A stretch of 64,000 bases of DNA from an uncultured Flavobacteriaceae bacterium (lineage in GTDB: Bacteria > Bacteroidota > Bacteroidia > Flavobacteriales > Flavobacteriaceae): contig CAWHTM010000008.1 of assembly GCA_963832255.1 (NCBI GenBank), forward strand, positions 9,300 through 73,299, in the 5' to 3' direction. This document shows positions 7,958-19,221 of the stretch, in pieces. Under the pieces are notes generated by a model. The model searched no databases. It had not been told where the DNA came from and saw only the letters and a list, made by a program, of their open reading frames with translations. Both the position numbers and the translations under genes were made by a program. The stretch's first letter is position 1; each line of letters begins with the position of its first letter.

Positions 7958-8090
7958 TAAAGGTCTTAACACTGCAGCCGGCCACTTTTAAAAACATTTT
8001 GAGGAGAGGCTGGCTGTTTTAATGGAATCTATATGCTTAAATTTAAAATTGGCATAAAGTTTGGGCTTAAATTTTTCTAAATAAAAATCA

Positions 8091-8765
8091 ATGAAAAAAC
8101 TATACATTTCTTTTTCTATTTTCTTAATGCTCATCATTACTGTCGATGCACAAACCACAACAGTTACAAACGATTATAGAAGAGATAAGAATGCTGAATA
8201 TGATCTCAGCGACTTTATAGGATCGAAATACCTAGAAGACGACTTTCAAGTAGGAAGTATAGAAGATGAGCTAACGAATATCTCTAAGAATGTATTCTTA
8301 AGATATGATGTGTATAGTGATATTTTTGAAAGAAAAGACTCGCAAGCTACGAGCGCATTCACTTATTTGGAAAAGACGTATGGGGTAAATGTGTTTTATG
8401 ATGACAGGACTTTTATATATACGAACTATATAAATGATCTCGGAAATCAGGTTATAGGATATTTGGAGGTGTTAGGCAAGTATGAAGATCTGACATTTTA
8501 TATGGATTTTGAAAAAACGTTGAGAATGCCTCAAAAATCTCCAAGCCCACAGACACCAGATCGTGCAGGAAAGATTGGTAATAAAGAGTTTTTTGTTCTT
8601 AAAAGTCCTCAGGGCACGAAGGTAATTGATATTTCAAGAAAAGATGTTCACGATCTGTTTCCTCAAGAAGTAAGAGGCCAGGTCAAATCATATGTAAAGA
8701 AAAATAAGTTAAAATTTAGAGACGGTGAGGATATGAAAAATCTTTTAGGCTATTTAAATAAATAG
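8091..8765 (+). CDS. Secreted hypothetical protein
   Basis: Signal-peptide-like N-terminus; C-terminal VKSYVKKNKLK motif common in Flavobacterial hypotheticals. Confidence 0.7.
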   Translation: MKKLYISFSIFLMLIITVDAQTTTVTNDYRRDKNAEYDLSDFIGSKYLEDDFQVGSIEDELTNISKNVFLRYDVYSDIFERKDSQATSAFTYLEKTYGVNVFYDDRTFIYTNYINDLGNQVIGYLEVLGKYEDLTFYMDFEKTLRMPQKSPSPQTPDRAGKIGNKEFFVLKSPQGTKVIDISRKDVHDLFPQEVRGQVKSYVKKNKLKFRDGEDMKNLLGYLNK

Positions 8766-8770
8766 AAACT

Positions 8771-9997
8771 TTAAAACTGGAAGAAATAACCAACTTTAAA
8801 TTGTGTTGCATTAACTCGTAATTTCTCAGTTAACGCAAAAACTTTTGATCCAGAGATATAACTCAAGGCGACATTAACACCTTGATTTTTAAATATCTTA
8901 TAATTGATTCCTGCTTCAAAATGAAGACCGAGAGTTTCTCTCTCAAGAGCGGCAGTTTCAAAATTTCGATCAACAGATTCCGAATCATTACTTTGGCCGG
9001 TGAGTGTATCATCAACGATAATCTGGTAGGAAAGACCTCCACCTAAATAGGGTACCAATTTAGAGGTGTGTGTATTTGTTACGTTTAGAAAACTTTGTAA
9101 TTTAAAATCGAGTGTGCTAAGATCATAGGTGTAGGTAGTTCTTATATTTTCTCCTAGATTACTTGGCGATAGTGTTAAAGATTCCAAAGAGCCATAGTCA
9201 TTGTATTCTATACCAAATCTGAACATAACTAACCCTGCCCTAGACTTAGGGATATAGTTAAATGCGATACCGGCATTTGAGCCAGAGGATTTCTCGGCGT
9301 TTATGAAAATGTCATCTTTGGTTATAGAAGATGAATTGTAACCTCCGTAAATCGCCACAGAGATTTGCGCATTGTACTTCTTATTGTCATAAATCTCAAG
9401 AGGTGCATTTTTACATTCTGAATAATATTTAAATAATTGTGTTAACGAGTTGTAAGAAAGCTTGGTTAACTCTATTTTTCTTGTGATATTCATACAATCA
9501 TTGAAGGCTCTTTGTAAGTCTTCTTGATATACATTACGCGTAGATTGCACAGTGCTATAAACCATTTTTACCTCTTTTTCTAACGTATTGAGAGATGAGG
9601 TATCTTCATTATAAATATAGAATTTTTCATCTAGCTTCATCAAGAACACATCCTCCACTCGGGCAAGTAATTCAAAGAGCTTATTGCTTTCTTTTATGAC
9701 CGTAAACGTGTTATTTTCAGTAATTTCAAGCTCTCTTTCAAATGCATTGATATTTAAAAATTTACGATTACTTACTTTTAATAAAATGCTTTTTATTTGA
9801 CTGGTCTCGTAATTTGAGGGCGTTGTGTTTTTATAAGATTTGAAGAATATTTTATCAGATGATAAATTTATAAATGAGGTGAGCACTAAGCCTTCTAAGG
9901 AAGTTCCGTTAGAAAGGGTAATAGTCGCATCCTCATATTTCTGTCCGAATATTGGAGTAACTAACAACAAGCAAATAGCAAAGAAAAATAATCTCAT
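8771..9997 (-). CDS. Outer-membrane beta-barrel domain protein
   Basis: Signal peptide; C-terminal alternating beta-strands (LVPYLGGGLSY, FKVGYFFQF with terminal Phe). Confidence 0.7.
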   Translation of the reverse strand: MRLFFFAICLLLVTPIFGQKYEDATITLSNGTSLEGLVLTSFINLSSDKIFFKSYKNTTPSNYETSQIKSILLKVSNRKFLNINAFERELEITENNTFTVIKESNKLFELLARVEDVFLMKLDEKFYIYNEDTSSLNTLEKEVKMVYSTVQSTRNVYQEDLQRAFNDCMNITRKIELTKLSYNSLTQLFKYYSECKNAPLEIYDNKKYNAQISVAIYGGYNSSSITKDDIFINAEKSSGSNAGIAFNYIPKSRAGLVMFRFGIEYNDYGSLESLTLSPSNLGENIRTTYTYDLSTLDFKLQSFLNVTNTHTSKLVPYLGGGLSYQIIVDDTLTGQSNDSESVDRNFETAALERETLGLHFEAGINYKIFKNQGVNVALSYISGSKVFALTEKLRVNATQFKVGYFFQF

Positions 9998-10329
9998 AAT
10001 TTATTTTTGGCAAAAGTAAGATTGGCAAAGTCTACCCATCGATTTTTAGCTGTGTAGAATTAACTCTAAAAAACTCAAATGTAGATATTTCTGGATTATC
10101 AGAGATAGAATAGTGTTTTTGACTAATTAGATTAGTAATGTTGTGAAAGTCTGACATTTTCATCTCCTTACGTTATGGTCCGTTTAGTCAATCAACATAT
10201 ATGTTTGCTGTTAAATGATATCAATGCGATTCGATTTATGCAAAATGTCCCTTAAGATTATTTAATTGACTATAAATCAGCACTATATTCAGTATATTTA
10301 GGAATACTAATCATTTTAAAACTATTGAA

Positions 10330-12087
10330 ATGAGTACTATTTTCCGTTTTTGGAGAGCGTTAAGAAGGCGTAATGTTCATAAGGGGGTTATCTCTTACGT
10401 AGTTTTTTCTTGGGTGCTACTTCAGGTAATCTCAGTTCTTGGTTCATTGGTCATATTACCTATCTGGCTGGGTAAAGCCGTTCTTATAACTTTGTTAGTT
10501 TTGTTTCCATTTTGGGTAGCTTTTTCTTGGCTATACGATGTAACTTCAGAAGGCATAAGGCTTACATCCCGTCGAGACAATCCTTCACCAGAGAGAAATG
10601 AGCATATCAACAAGCGACTTAATTCTTTTATTCTTATTTTTCTCATACTGGCTATACTTCTTCTTTTTGTAGATCGGTTCAGGCTTACTTCACAAAATGA
10701 AGGCAACGAGTTTGCTCTAAATACAGAAATGGAAAATAGTATTGCCGTGCTACCCTTCAATGATATTTCTTTACTACAAGATCAAAAATACTTTGCAGAT
10801 GGTCTTTCCGAAGAATTGATACAGACCCTATCAAAAATAATTGGAATGAGGGTAACTTCTCGAACCTCTGCGTTTTCTTTTGGAGGGAAAACTACCGATA
10901 TTCCTACTATAGCCAAAATGCTTAATGTAAACTATATTTTAGAAGGAAGTGTGCGCACCTTTGATAGTATGGTTCGGGTAAATGTGCAACTCATAGATGC
11001 AAAAAGGGATGTCTCTACTTGGTCTGAAACTTGGGATAAGCCCCTAAAGAATATTTTTCAAATCCAAAATGAGATAAGTACAAATGTGGCAGAACGTCTT
11101 GCCTTGCATATCACAGATAGTCCTCCAGATCAAATACGTAAAGCAAATCCTGAGGCATACCGACTCTATCTAGAGGGAGTATACGTAATGCGGAGTACTT
11201 TTGACATAGAAGGAGACCAGAAAGCTGAGAAACTTTTTAAACAATCGCTCGCAATTGATTCAACCTATGCGCCCGCTTGGGAACATCTCGCACACACCAT
11301 AAACTTTCAAACTGATCACGGACTATATCCGGTAGAAGTGGCCTACCCACGTATCAAAGAGGCCGCCTTAAATACAATAAAATACGATAGTCTCTATGCT
11401 CCTGCATATGCGCTATTAGGCACGATCGCAATTTCTTATGAAAAGGACTATCAAAAAGCGCAAGACTATGTAACTAAAGGTCTTAAAATATCACCTAATG
11501 ACATTGAGGTACTTAATAGAGCGGCAGAGGTCGCCCTCATACTTAATGAGCCTGAAAAGGCTGTTATGTATAATGAAAAAATTGCCCAGTTAAGCCCTCT
11601 TGAGGAATTCTCATTTTATGCACTAGGAATGACCTATTACTACGCTGGAAAATATCCAGAAGCAGAAAAGACCTTGCACAAAGCGCTTGAATTTACACCA
11701 GATGCAGACATCACTTATCAATTACTAACCGCTTCATTATTAATGCAAAATCGTCCTGAAGAAGCTTTAAACGCGGCAAAACAGGAAAAAAGCGAACCTC
11801 TTCGTTATCAATCTCTCGCTATTTCATATCACGCTTTAGGTGATAAAGAGAGGGCCAGTGAGAACCTCAATAAATTAATTTCTAAGTTTGAAAAAGACGC
11901 GAGCTATGATATAGCTGCCGTTTATGCACAAATGGGAGATATAGAAAAGGCGTATGTATTTTTGGAAAAAGCCATAAGTTATAATGATTTTGGTTTGTCA
12001 ACACTTAATGTTGAGCCTTACTTTGACCCGATCGTTCTTGATCCTCGATGGCCAATACTGATGAAAAGGTTAGGTCTTACCTACTAA
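10330..12087 (+). CDS. Membrane protein with TolB-like N-terminal domain and TPR repeats
   Basis: Three N-terminal TM segments, SIAVLPF...YFADGLSEELI...SRTSAF...YILEGSVR motif, then TPRs. Confidence 0.8.
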   Translation: MSTIFRFWRALRRRNVHKGVISYVVFSWVLLQVISVLGSLVILPIWLGKAVLITLLVLFPFWVAFSWLYDVTSEGIRLTSRRDNPSPERNEHINKRLNSFILIFLILAILLLFVDRFRLTSQNEGNEFALNTEMENSIAVLPFNDISLLQDQKYFADGLSEELIQTLSKIIGMRVTSRTSAFSFGGKTTDIPTIAKMLNVNYILEGSVRTFDSMVRVNVQLIDAKRDVSTWSETWDKPLKNIFQIQNEISTNVAERLALHITDSPPDQIRKANPEAYRLYLEGVYVMRSTFDIEGDQKAEKLFKQSLAIDSTYAPAWEHLAHTINFQTDHGLYPVEVAYPRIKEAALNTIKYDSLYAPAYALLGTIAISYEKDYQKAQDYVTKGLKISPNDIEVLNRAAEVALILNEPEKAVMYNEKIAQLSPLEEFSFYALGMTYYYAGKYPEAEKTLHKALEFTPDADITYQLLTASLLMQNRPEEALNAAKQEKSEPLRYQSLAISYHALGDKERASENLNKLISKFEKDASYDIAAVYAQMGDIEKAYVFLEKAISYNDFGLSTLNVEPYFDPIVLDPRWPILMKRLGLTY

Positions 12088-12099
12088 AAAAAAAACTAC

Positions 12100-12161
12100 T
12101 CTACACTTGTAGAATTAAAATTTTATTCTACATTTGTAGAGTAAATTCTAATACTGTAGAA
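12100..12161. promoter_or_regulatory. BlaI/MecI/CopY operators
   Basis: TCTACACTTGTAGA (12100-12113), TCTACATTTGTAGA (12127-12140) and a degenerate third (12146-12161); core TACAnnTGTA. Confidence 0.8.
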
Positions 12162-12163
12162 CA

Positions 12164-12532
12164 ATGACCACCCTTTCGACTTCAGAAGAGCAGTTAATGC
12201 AAGTCCTCTGGCAAAAGGAAAAAGCCTTTATGAAAGATCTCATAGAGTCCTATCCAGATCCTAAGCCCGCTACGACTACCATCGCAACACTCCTCAAACG
12301 TATGCAGGATAAAAAATTTGTAGACTATAAACAGCTAGGACGGAGTAGAGAATATTTTCCCCTTGTCAAAAAAACAGATTATTTCTCAAAACACGTAAAT
12401 GGTCTCATCAAAAACTTTTTTAATGACAGCGCAGGGCAATTTGCATCCTTCTTTACCAGGGAGACCAATCTTTCTCAGGAAGAATTAGAAGAACTTAAGG
12501 AAATTATAGAAAGCCAATTAACCTCTAAATAA
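12164..12532 (+). CDS. BlaI/MecI/CopY family transcriptional repressor
   Basis: LSTSEEQLMQVLW...TTIATLLKRM winged helix; adjacent M56 gene. Confidence 0.92.
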   Translation: MTTLSTSEEQLMQVLWQKEKAFMKDLIESYPDPKPATTTIATLLKRMQDKKFVDYKQLGRSREYFPLVKKTDYFSKHVNGLIKNFFNDSAGQFASFFTRETNLSQEELEELKEIIESQLTSK

Positions 12533-14587
12533 TGATAACCCTCCTCTATCTTATAAAAAGCACCCTGTGTCTAGCTGTTCTACTTGGCTTTTATAAGCTT
12601 GCTTTAGAAAACAAGGCGATGCACCAGTTCAAACGTTATTACTTGCTCGCGAGTTTAGTATTTGCTTTTACCATCCCCCTTATCACTTTTACGTATACCG
12701 TAGAGGCCGAGCCTATAACAACGGCGATCCCGCAGGATTACTCCTATACCACTTCTCCTGTAGAACCTACACAAGTAAGTGTAAGCCCAGAAAAATCACT
12801 ACTACCTCAACTTCTTTGGATTATTTATACGCTAGGAGTGATCATTTTTGGTGTGCGTTTTATTCTAAATTTATTTCGCTTAAAGCGAAAAATTGAAACA
12901 TCAGAGCAATACAGAGAAAAAGACATTACCCTAGCCTTGCTTTCTCAAAGCGTCATACCTCACTCCTTCTTAAAATGGATTTTTCTTAATAAAACGGAAT
13001 ACCTTTCAAATAATATCGCTCCAGAAGTCCTTGCACACGAGGCAACGCACGTACGACAAAAACACTCTTGGGATATTATTTTTATAGAACTTCTTCAAGT
13101 TTTTTTCTGGTTCAATCCTCTTATCTGGGTTTCTAAAATAGCCGTTAAACTTAATCACGAATTCCTTGCAGACCAAGGAGCGATAGCGCATAACAGTCAT
13201 ATTGCAATATATCAAAAAATACTCTTGAGCTATGCGAGCAGTACTCATCACACCGCTCTCGAGAGTCCGTTCAATTATTCATTAACCAAAAAACGAATCA
13301 TTATGTTATCACAATCATTTAGTACAAAGAAAGTAATTACAAGAGCCTTATTGCTCGTACCGGTCTTAGCACTCTGCGCCTTAGTTTTTAATCAGGCTAT
13401 TGTTGCGCAGGAGAAAGAACCATTGACCGCTCGGAATTTAGATATTAAAATTATCGGAGAGAATATTTATGAAATCAACGGAGTAAGGACTGAAGGAACA
13501 GGTGTGTATGAAGTGGCATCTTTATTCAATAAAGACCTCACATTTAAAGAGCGTGAAGATTATATTAATGTTCATATCATCCACCCAGATTCTGTGAGTA
13601 ATGACGAGATTGACTTTCTAAAAAAAGCACTTAAGCCATATGGCTATTATAGATTTAAGCTTTGGGAAAACACCATAATTTCAGATAATCAAGAACCTGA
13701 TCAGTTAGTTATAACATCTACAACTCCATCAAACAGAGACCTAGAAAATTGGCAAGACACTTCCTTTTATGGAGTCCGTATAGATGGCAGAACAATAGAC
13801 AATAAAGATCTTTTAAAATATGACGCTTCAGATTTTGGATTTTATGTTCAGACCTGGCTTCCAAAAAAAGCTGTATACGATGCCCAACATCACGTACAAG
13901 TTGATCTTATGACTGTTGCTCATTACGATAAAATAAAGCCGGATCTCAATACAACCTTGGAAAAAATCAAAAGCCAATATTCAAGCACTTCTATAAACCA
14001 ACATTCATACGGACAAAAGTTTGTTTCTGGCGCTGCCCAAAATGACAAAAAAGCACTCGTCATAGAAATCAAAAATGATCAAATCACCATTAATGGCAAA
14101 CAATCGTCCCTGTCAAAATTAAAAGATGACATTAACCAGATTACTGCAAATTGGACAGCGTCAGATTATAAAAATTTTGCACAATCTTTTATATTTAAAG
14201 GAAACACCACATCGTTCCTTCGCCTCGCCGAAGAGGAATTTAAGAAAACAAAAATAGCTCAGCTTAATACGCATTTAGAACTAGTTCCTCCACCACCGCC
14301 GCCATCGCCAAGCACTCCTCCTGGACCTATAGCCCCACCACCTCCTCCACCGCCGGTTCAGCCCTGTGAAGCATTTAGAAAAAATGAATGATATGGGGGG
14401 ATTATTTTATTTCGAAAAAAAGAGGATTACCTATAAGCAAGTACTAGAGCTTATAGATCTGAACAAAAATCTTAACATAGAAACGCCATATCCATACACT
14501 AATCCCCCAAAAACATACGTATCTAAAGTCTCTGCTCCAGTAAATGATACTGATCCTGAAAAGACCAAGACAAAAACATTCAGATAA
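12532..14587 (+). CDS. M56 (BlaR1-like) metallopeptidase sensor, with an apparent frameshift near 14355
   Basis: HEATH zinc motif, FWFNP, HEFLAD. ORF 12532-14391 stops after the Pro tract; ORF 14366-14587 continues with the usual Flavobacterial C-terminal segment. Confidence 0.85.
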
Positions 14588-14698
14588 AACGAAAAAGCAC
14601 TCAGAAGGGACAAAAAGCCAGGAGTAGAACCCCTTGCAATATTTGCGGTTTCACAACATATGAGAAATTAAAATTTTCGCGAAAGCGAGCGTAAAGAA

Positions 14699-15853
14699 CT
14701 AAGATCCAGTCTTAATGGCAGCGTCCTGAGCCTTTGTAAGTTGGAAACTGGACATTCTCGTTTCCGACCTGTTGCGCTGGTCTCTCTTTTCTAGCTGACT
14801 CTTTACAAAATCAGTTTGAATCTGGTGGATCTCACTAGTCATTTTGGCCATCTTCATCTGTCTAAAATAGAGAAAAACGATGAGTACTATACCCACTCCA
14901 AACATTACATATATGATGTTTTGATATTGAGACTGCTGTTCCAAGTAGGAAAGTTCCTGCTCCTTGCGGCTTAGTTCAAAATTGAGTTTGAGTTTTTCAA
15001 CGGTATTTAGTGTCTGAGCTGTTTTGAGACTGTCATTATGGATAGAAAATCGCTCGTAGTGGGACAATGCTGTCTTATAATCATTTCTAAAAATAGCGAC
15101 ATTGTATAACAACTCAGAAGCCTCGGCAATGTTCTTTACATCGCTATCCTCTTGAGCAATTTTGAGACCTATTTCTCCCTGAGATCGGGCATCAGTTACT
15201 TTCCCTTGAGCTAATAAGGTATTTCCATAATAAATATGGGGTTCTGATAAGGCAAACCCTCTAGCACGCATTGTTAACAAGGCATTTTCTAAAAAATATT
15301 GAGACTGTTCTAAATCACCTATTTTTAAGTAAGCCTCGCCCAGATTAATTTGATCAATGAGTATGCCCATCGTATCCTGACGTTCTTCAGAAAGAGCAAT
15401 TGCCTTCTTATAATACGATATGGCCTGCTTATAATCCTTCTTACTAAAATATAGGGCTGCGATACTACTATTTATGATACTGAGATTATTCTTATCATTA
15501 AAGTCCACATAAAATAACCTAGCCTTCAAATAATACCTTAGTGATTCGTCTTGATCTCCTAGGGTGGCATACACTTTTCCAAAATTTGTGAGTGCTCTTG
15601 CTTCCCTTTCCTTATCGCCACTATCCAGTGCGAGTTGATAGGCCTTATCATTATAGTAATAGGCACTATCCTGATGAAGATTGGTATTATAAAAACCAAC
15701 TCCTAAATCTGAGTAAAGATCAGTAAGTTCTGCAGCATTGGAAATGTAGGAAACACGTGCTCGTAAGCTATCTATTTGAGCGGTCTGAGAAGACAAGTTG
15801 TATGATATTAAAAAGATGCCTGTATAACATAAACTTTTAACTGTAAGGGACAT
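14699..15853 (-). CDS. TPR-repeat protein with C-terminal TM helix
   Basis: Signal peptide, TPRs, coiled coil, TM segment; no kinase or HTH output domain. Confidence 0.75.
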   Translation of the reverse strand: MSLTVKSLCYTGIFLISYNLSSQTAQIDSLRARVSYISNAAELTDLYSDLGVGFYNTNLHQDSAYYYNDKAYQLALDSGDKEREARALTNFGKVYATLGDQDESLRYYLKARLFYVDFNDKNNLSIINSSIAALYFSKKDYKQAISYYKKAIALSEERQDTMGILIDQINLGEAYLKIGDLEQSQYFLENALLTMRARGFALSEPHIYYGNTLLAQGKVTDARSQGEIGLKIAQEDSDVKNIAEASELLYNVAIFRNDYKTALSHYERFSIHNDSLKTAQTLNTVEKLKLNFELSRKEQELSYLEQQSQYQNIIYVMFGVGIVLIVFLYFRQMKMAKMTSEIHQIQTDFVKSQLEKRDQRNRSETRMSSFQLTKAQDAAIKTGS

Positions 15854-16071
15854 TTCTATTGATTTGGGACGGCAAATATAGATAAATGTAGATAACTCAC
15901 AATAAGTAATTTAAAGGATTTTATAAATGTCAAAATTTCAACTCTAAAGGGATATGACATTCCTAAATGTTCCCTATTTGAATTAGAAATAGGGATTAGA
16001 AACTTGAGAAATACCCCTCATAAAAATCCTTTCATCCCGCAGAGTTCTGTAATTTTACACAAAATTGTACG

Positions 16072-17337
16072 ATGCAGGAATTAGGTCATTTTATTTACGA
16101 TTATCTAATACATTGGGGTTTCTCACCTACAATAGCAAAATATGTAAATGTCTTTTCCCTAGGTATTATTTTGCTAGTGCTCGTTATTGTAGTTGACGTG
16201 CTTTTTAGAAAGATATTGAGAAGCGTAGCCTATAGAATTTCAAAAAGATCCAAAACTAATTTTGATGACCTTCTTATCAAAAATCGCGCTCCGAGACGTG
16301 TAGCTCATATTCTACCCTTGTATATCCTTTTGGTATTCTTACCTATAGTACTCATAGACTTTCCTGAGACTCACCGCATCTTTTCATTACTGCTCACTGT
16401 TGTAGGTATCATCTTAGCGCTACGTATTATACGCGCGTTCCTGCACACGCTACGTGATTATTTTAAAACAGTACCAGGCCTCAGAGATAAGCCCATTGAT
16501 AGTTACATTCAGGTATTTATGATTTTTGCCTGGGTCTTTATGCTCTTCTTTGCTGTGAGCTTGTTATTTAAAGTACCTATTGCTAAGGCTGTAGGGACCT
16601 TTGGAGCAGCCTCAGCAATTATTTTATTGATATTCAAGGACACTATTTTAGGATTTGTCGCAAGTATTCAGGTGTCTATTAATGATATGGTACGTATAGG
16701 AGATTGGGTCACCTTTGATAAATTTGGTGCCGATGGAGATGTTACGGAAATTAACCTTGCTACAGTAAAGGTCCAGAATTTTGATATGACCATTACCACC
16801 ATTCCTACCTACGCCCTGATATCTGATTCTTTCAAAAACTGGCGCGGGATGACAGACAGTCCTGGACGCCGTATTAAAAGATCACTTCTTATAAAACAGG
16901 ATAGCATCAAGTTTCTATCAGAACAGGATATAGATAGACTTCAGAAAATTACCCTTGTCTCTAGCTATTTAGGTACTATGGAAAAAAAGCTAGAAGATCT
17001 CAATAAAAGAAATAATGTAGACAAGACCTTATTACTCAATGGTAGTAACCTGACTAATATAGGCGTTTTTAGAAAATATATGGAGACCTACATTCAGAAT
17101 AACAGCGCCATACATAAAGAAATGTTACTTATGTGTCGCCAACTTGCTCCTACAGCACAAGGTATCCCACTTGAAGTGTACTGTTTTAGCAAAGACAAAA
17201 GGTGGGAAAACTACGAGTACATTATGGCAGATATTTTTGACCATTTTCTAGCTGCAGTACCTTATTTTGATTTAGAACTTTTTGAACTTCCTAGTAGCAA
17301 TAAAACAGAGGGGTTTATAGATGTCTCTGGATTATGA
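16072..17337 (+). CDS. MscS family mechanosensitive channel (YbdG-like)
   Basis: FKDTILGFVASIQ, GDW, VKVQNFD and NWRGM...GRRIKRS motifs. Confidence 0.9.
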   Translation: MQELGHFIYDYLIHWGFSPTIAKYVNVFSLGIILLVLVIVVDVLFRKILRSVAYRISKRSKTNFDDLLIKNRAPRRVAHILPLYILLVFLPIVLIDFPETHRIFSLLLTVVGIILALRIIRAFLHTLRDYFKTVPGLRDKPIDSYIQVFMIFAWVFMLFFAVSLLFKVPIAKAVGTFGAASAIILLIFKDTILGFVASIQVSINDMVRIGDWVTFDKFGADGDVTEINLATVKVQNFDMTITTIPTYALISDSFKNWRGMTDSPGRRIKRSLLIKQDSIKFLSEQDIDRLQKITLVSSYLGTMEKKLEDLNKRNNVDKTLLLNGSNLTNIGVFRKYMETYIQNNSAIHKEMLLMCRQLAPTAQGIPLEVYCFSKDKRWENYEYIMADIFDHFLAAVPYFDLELFELPSSNKTEGFIDVSGL

Positions 17338-17415
17338 TTAAAGGTTTTCGCTTCCGCGAAAATAGAAAACCACTACCTCATTGAGATAGCGGCTTTTATA
17401 ATTTGATCCGAGATT

Positions 17416-18930
17416 TTATTCTCCTTGCCCTAATGAGAAACCACGTTTTCCATCAAACTCATAAAGATTTTCGGTCTTGATTACTTCAAACCCTTCTTCA
17501 TTGAGTGTTGCAAGAAGTGCAATTATTTGTTCATATTGAACTTCTTTATAAATTGGTTCCTGTCTATCAATTTTAGCATCTATTTCAACAAATCTACAAC
17601 GCCAGTGATCCGTGCAGTAAGTCTCTTTTAATCCTTCAGGGAACACCTTAACCCCTCGATTCGTAATCATCTTAAGTTTTATTTTAAAACTTTTTATTGC
17701 CTTAAGCTTTTCTCCTATCTCGTTAGGGTCAGAACCTGGCCAGTTAATAAAGACATCAACACCAAGTAAGGTCTGCTTCTGAGTTTTCCTAACATAAGGA
17801 GGAATTGTTATGGTACCTTTTCCATCAGATAAGTTGCTCGACTTTAAGTTCCTAGGATTAGCGCCAAGTCTAGCAATAACGTGATCTGCAAATTCTTGAG
17901 TTGATACCATTTCTGTACTAATGCCTTCTCTGTAGATATCGGCAGTGTGATACCCTTGTTCAAGTGTTGTAAGCAAAGCGTTCTTTACAGTATCAGCTAT
18001 CTCACGTTGACCTATATGCGCGAGCATCAGCACTGCTGCATTTATCAGTCCTGAAGGATTAGCAATACCTTTTCCAGAAATATCAGGAGCTGATCCGTGT
18101 ATTGCCTCAAACATAGCGACATTAGTTCCAATATTTGCAGATCCCGCTAACCCTACAGATCCAGCAATCTCTGCGGCAATGTCTGATATAATATCTCCAT
18201 ATAGATTAGACGTTACTACAACATCGTAGCGTTCTGGGTACGCAGCGAGTCTTGCGGAGCCTATATCTATGATTTCTGCAGTATTCTCAATTTCTGGATA
18301 TTCAGCAGCAATTTCATCAAAAACTCTATGGAATAAGCCGTCAGTAAGCTTCATAATATTATCCTTAACCATACAGGTAACCTTTTTCCTCCCGTAGGCT
18401 TTTGCATACTCAAAGGCATAACGCACTATTTTCTCACATCCAGGGCGAGTGATAAGCTTAAGACATTGTACTACATCTTGAGTTTGTTGGTGCTCAATAC
18501 CTGCATAGAGATCCTCTTCATTTTCTCTTATGATTACTACATCCATCTCTGGAAAATGAGTTTCAACATACGGATGTAGTGCCGCAACTGGACGTACGTT
18601 TGCAAATAAACCTAGTGATTTGCGCAGTGTTACATTTAGGCTTTTGTATCCTTTTCCTTGAGGGGTCGTAATAGGAGCTTTCAGGATAATTTTATTTTTG
18701 TTTATCGCATCCCAAGCTTGTTTATCGATTCCAGCCGAATTCCCTGACAAGTAGACCTTTTCACCTACGTGGATGGTCTCTACTTCAATGTTTGCTCCAG
18801 CCTCTTTGAGAATAGATAAAGTAGCCTTCATAATCTCAGGACCGATTCCATCCCCGTAGGCAACGGCAATCTTCACAGGCGAAGCGCTTATTTTTAAATC
18901 ACTCTGTACTTGTAATTTCTGATGTAGCAT
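17416..18930 (-). CDS. icd: NADP-dependent isocitrate dehydrogenase (form with C-terminal extension)
   Basis: GDGIGPEI, KAPITTPQG, RENEEDLY, NLYGDIISD, EAIHGSAPDI; C-terminal MITNRG...DHWRCRF. Confidence 0.92.
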   Translation of the reverse strand: MLHQKLQVQSDLKISASPVKIAVAYGDGIGPEIMKATLSILKEAGANIEVETIHVGEKVYLSGNSAGIDKQAWDAINKNKIILKAPITTPQGKGYKSLNVTLRKSLGLFANVRPVAALHPYVETHFPEMDVVIIRENEEDLYAGIEHQQTQDVVQCLKLITRPGCEKIVRYAFEYAKAYGRKKVTCMVKDNIMKLTDGLFHRVFDEIAAEYPEIENTAEIIDIGSARLAAYPERYDVVVTSNLYGDIISDIAAEIAGSVGLAGSANIGTNVAMFEAIHGSAPDISGKGIANPSGLINAAVLMLAHIGQREIADTVKNALLTTLEQGYHTADIYREGISTEMVSTQEFADHVIARLGANPRNLKSSNLSDGKGTITIPPYVRKTQKQTLLGVDVFINWPGSDPNEIGEKLKAIKSFKIKLKMITNRGVKVFPEGLKETYCTDHWRCRFVEIDAKIDRQEPIYKEVQYEQIIALLATLNEEGFEVIKTENLYEFDGKRGFSLGQGE

Positions 18931-19221
18931 AACGTAATGTTTAAATGTTTCTACAAATATTAGAATTGATAATGATAAATTTTTATTTATATTTTATATA
19001 AAAAGCATTAATATAATTTATGTATTAAAAACATTTTGATGTAGATCTTACGCGAATAGTGCCAAGTAATTCATCTCAAAAATCATTTGACATTCATCAT
19101 TATTTGTAACAAATAGAATTTTTTTTCGTTATTATCTCGTTAGTACTAGGAATGCGAATAATCCGCAATCAATCAATCAATCAAAAGGCCATGGCCCTAC
19201 AACCAACCTAACAAACTCATT

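Noticed and set aside
19166-19184. (CAAT)4 microsatellite upstream of the DUF4407 gene
   Set aside because: Too short to argue for phase variation.
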